Source: Basidiobolus meristosporus CBS 931.73
Lineage: Eukaryota > Fungi > Basidiobolomycota
Assembly (NCBI GenBank): GCA_002104905.1
Contig: MCFE01000015.1
Span: 1-64,000, forward strand
Length of the DNA stretch: 64,000 nucleotides
Direction: 5' to 3'
The position numbers and the translations under genes were made by a program. Position 1 is the first letter of the stretch, and each line of letters starts with the position of its first letter. Under the pieces are notes generated by a model. That model was given only the letters and a program-made list of their open reading frames with translations, was not told where the DNA came from and did not search any database. Of this stretch, positions 63,197 to 64,000 are shown one piece after another.

Positions 63197-64000
63197 TCAG
63201 TATGAGCCTAGCTCAAAGTTGGTGACTTGGGGGAGGTAGGCACACGCGCTTAGATCCAGAATGTATACTTCGTCGTACACTTTTTTCCCATCATACCCAC
63301 CATATACGAACAACCTAGAATCATACAACACTGCAGTATGATAGCCTCTGCCTGTAGGCGGTATCCCGTATATGTTCCGAGTCTCCCAATTCATCGTTAC
63401 TGGACATAGATAGAGGTTTGAGGTTTTTGAAATTGGCAACGGAAGAAGTGAGCCAACTTACCTAAATTCAGCAAAAGTACATCCTGAACGTACTTATCCC
63501 CGTCATGTCCACCCGCGACAAATATGTATGAACCGACCTGGGTTGCTGTGTGCGAGAGTCTGGGAACAGAATCGCTTAATTTCACATGTTCCCATGTGTG
63601 CGTTTCTTGGTAGTAGCCATAGGTTAGTGCTCAGTAAAATCCCGCCATCAAAAAACGATGTACCTATATCAAGGACGTGCGCCTCACTGAAACATTCGTG
63701 ACCATCAGAGCCGCCATATATCAAAAGCTTATTCTCCACGAGCGTGCCGGTATGATATCCTCGCGGAATTGGCGGCTTTCCCTTGACCTCGACTGCTGAC
63801 CATGTGAGTTTGGCAAGATCCGCTGTTAAATGTGTGGTGAGCAAAATGGGCTATCCAAGGGGGGCAAAGGCGCCTACATATATCCAAACGATGCACGTCA
63901 TTCAGAGCGCGAAGCCCATCCCCGCCGCCAAACAGATATATGTATTTGCCATAATGGCAGGCTGTATGCGCTCGGCGAGGGCCAGGAATCTCACCATAAA
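63197..64000 (-). CDS. Kelch-repeat protein, 3' portion (continues beyond the window)
   Basis: Repeated PRGYHTG..LLIYGGSDG, RLSHTA..IFVAGGHDG, GRGYHTA..LFVYGGYDG. Confidence 0.88.

Overview
Eukaryotic genomic DNA from an intron-rich, gene-dense fungus, most likely an early-diverging lineage; a Basidiobolus/Zoopagomycota-like source is my inference and is not verified. Bases 1 to about 10.9 kb form a decayed transposon island that is almost free of CpG. It holds copia LTRs (one solo LTR with an intact ATATC target-site duplication), copia RNase H remnants, a Harbinger/IS5-like transposase remnant and the 3' half of a gypsy element with an extra ORF. An otherwise intact-looking IMPDH gene is cut off at the island edge. 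The remaining ~53 kb carries about 27 spliced or unspliced genes: an orphan 7TM receptor, STIMATE-like, CsbD-like, a Cid1-type nucleotidyltransferase, LETM1-like, NELF-A, GPR107-like, URA4, CDC42, gamma-tubulin, an Lnt-like acyltransferase, HOP1, an Opy2-type Cys-repeat protein, an SDR, a family III CoA-transferase, a GPI-type protein, a PQ-loop transporter, an ectodomain-7TM protein, antizyme, SEC24, ALDH, PUS3, UBC12, two perilipin-like genes, an F-box/ZnF-UBP/DUSP protein, MET22 and a partial Kelch protein. The strongest leads are (1) a full-length fungal NELF-A pausing-factor subunit, (2) an antizyme +1 frameshift cassette with a candidate nascent-peptide signal and a predicted 3' pseudoknot, (3) an F-box fused to deubiquitinase accessory modules with no catalytic domain, and (4) a bacterial-type apolipoprotein N-acyltransferase homolog. 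All exon structures, alignments and motif matches were done by eye or from memory; no searches were run.
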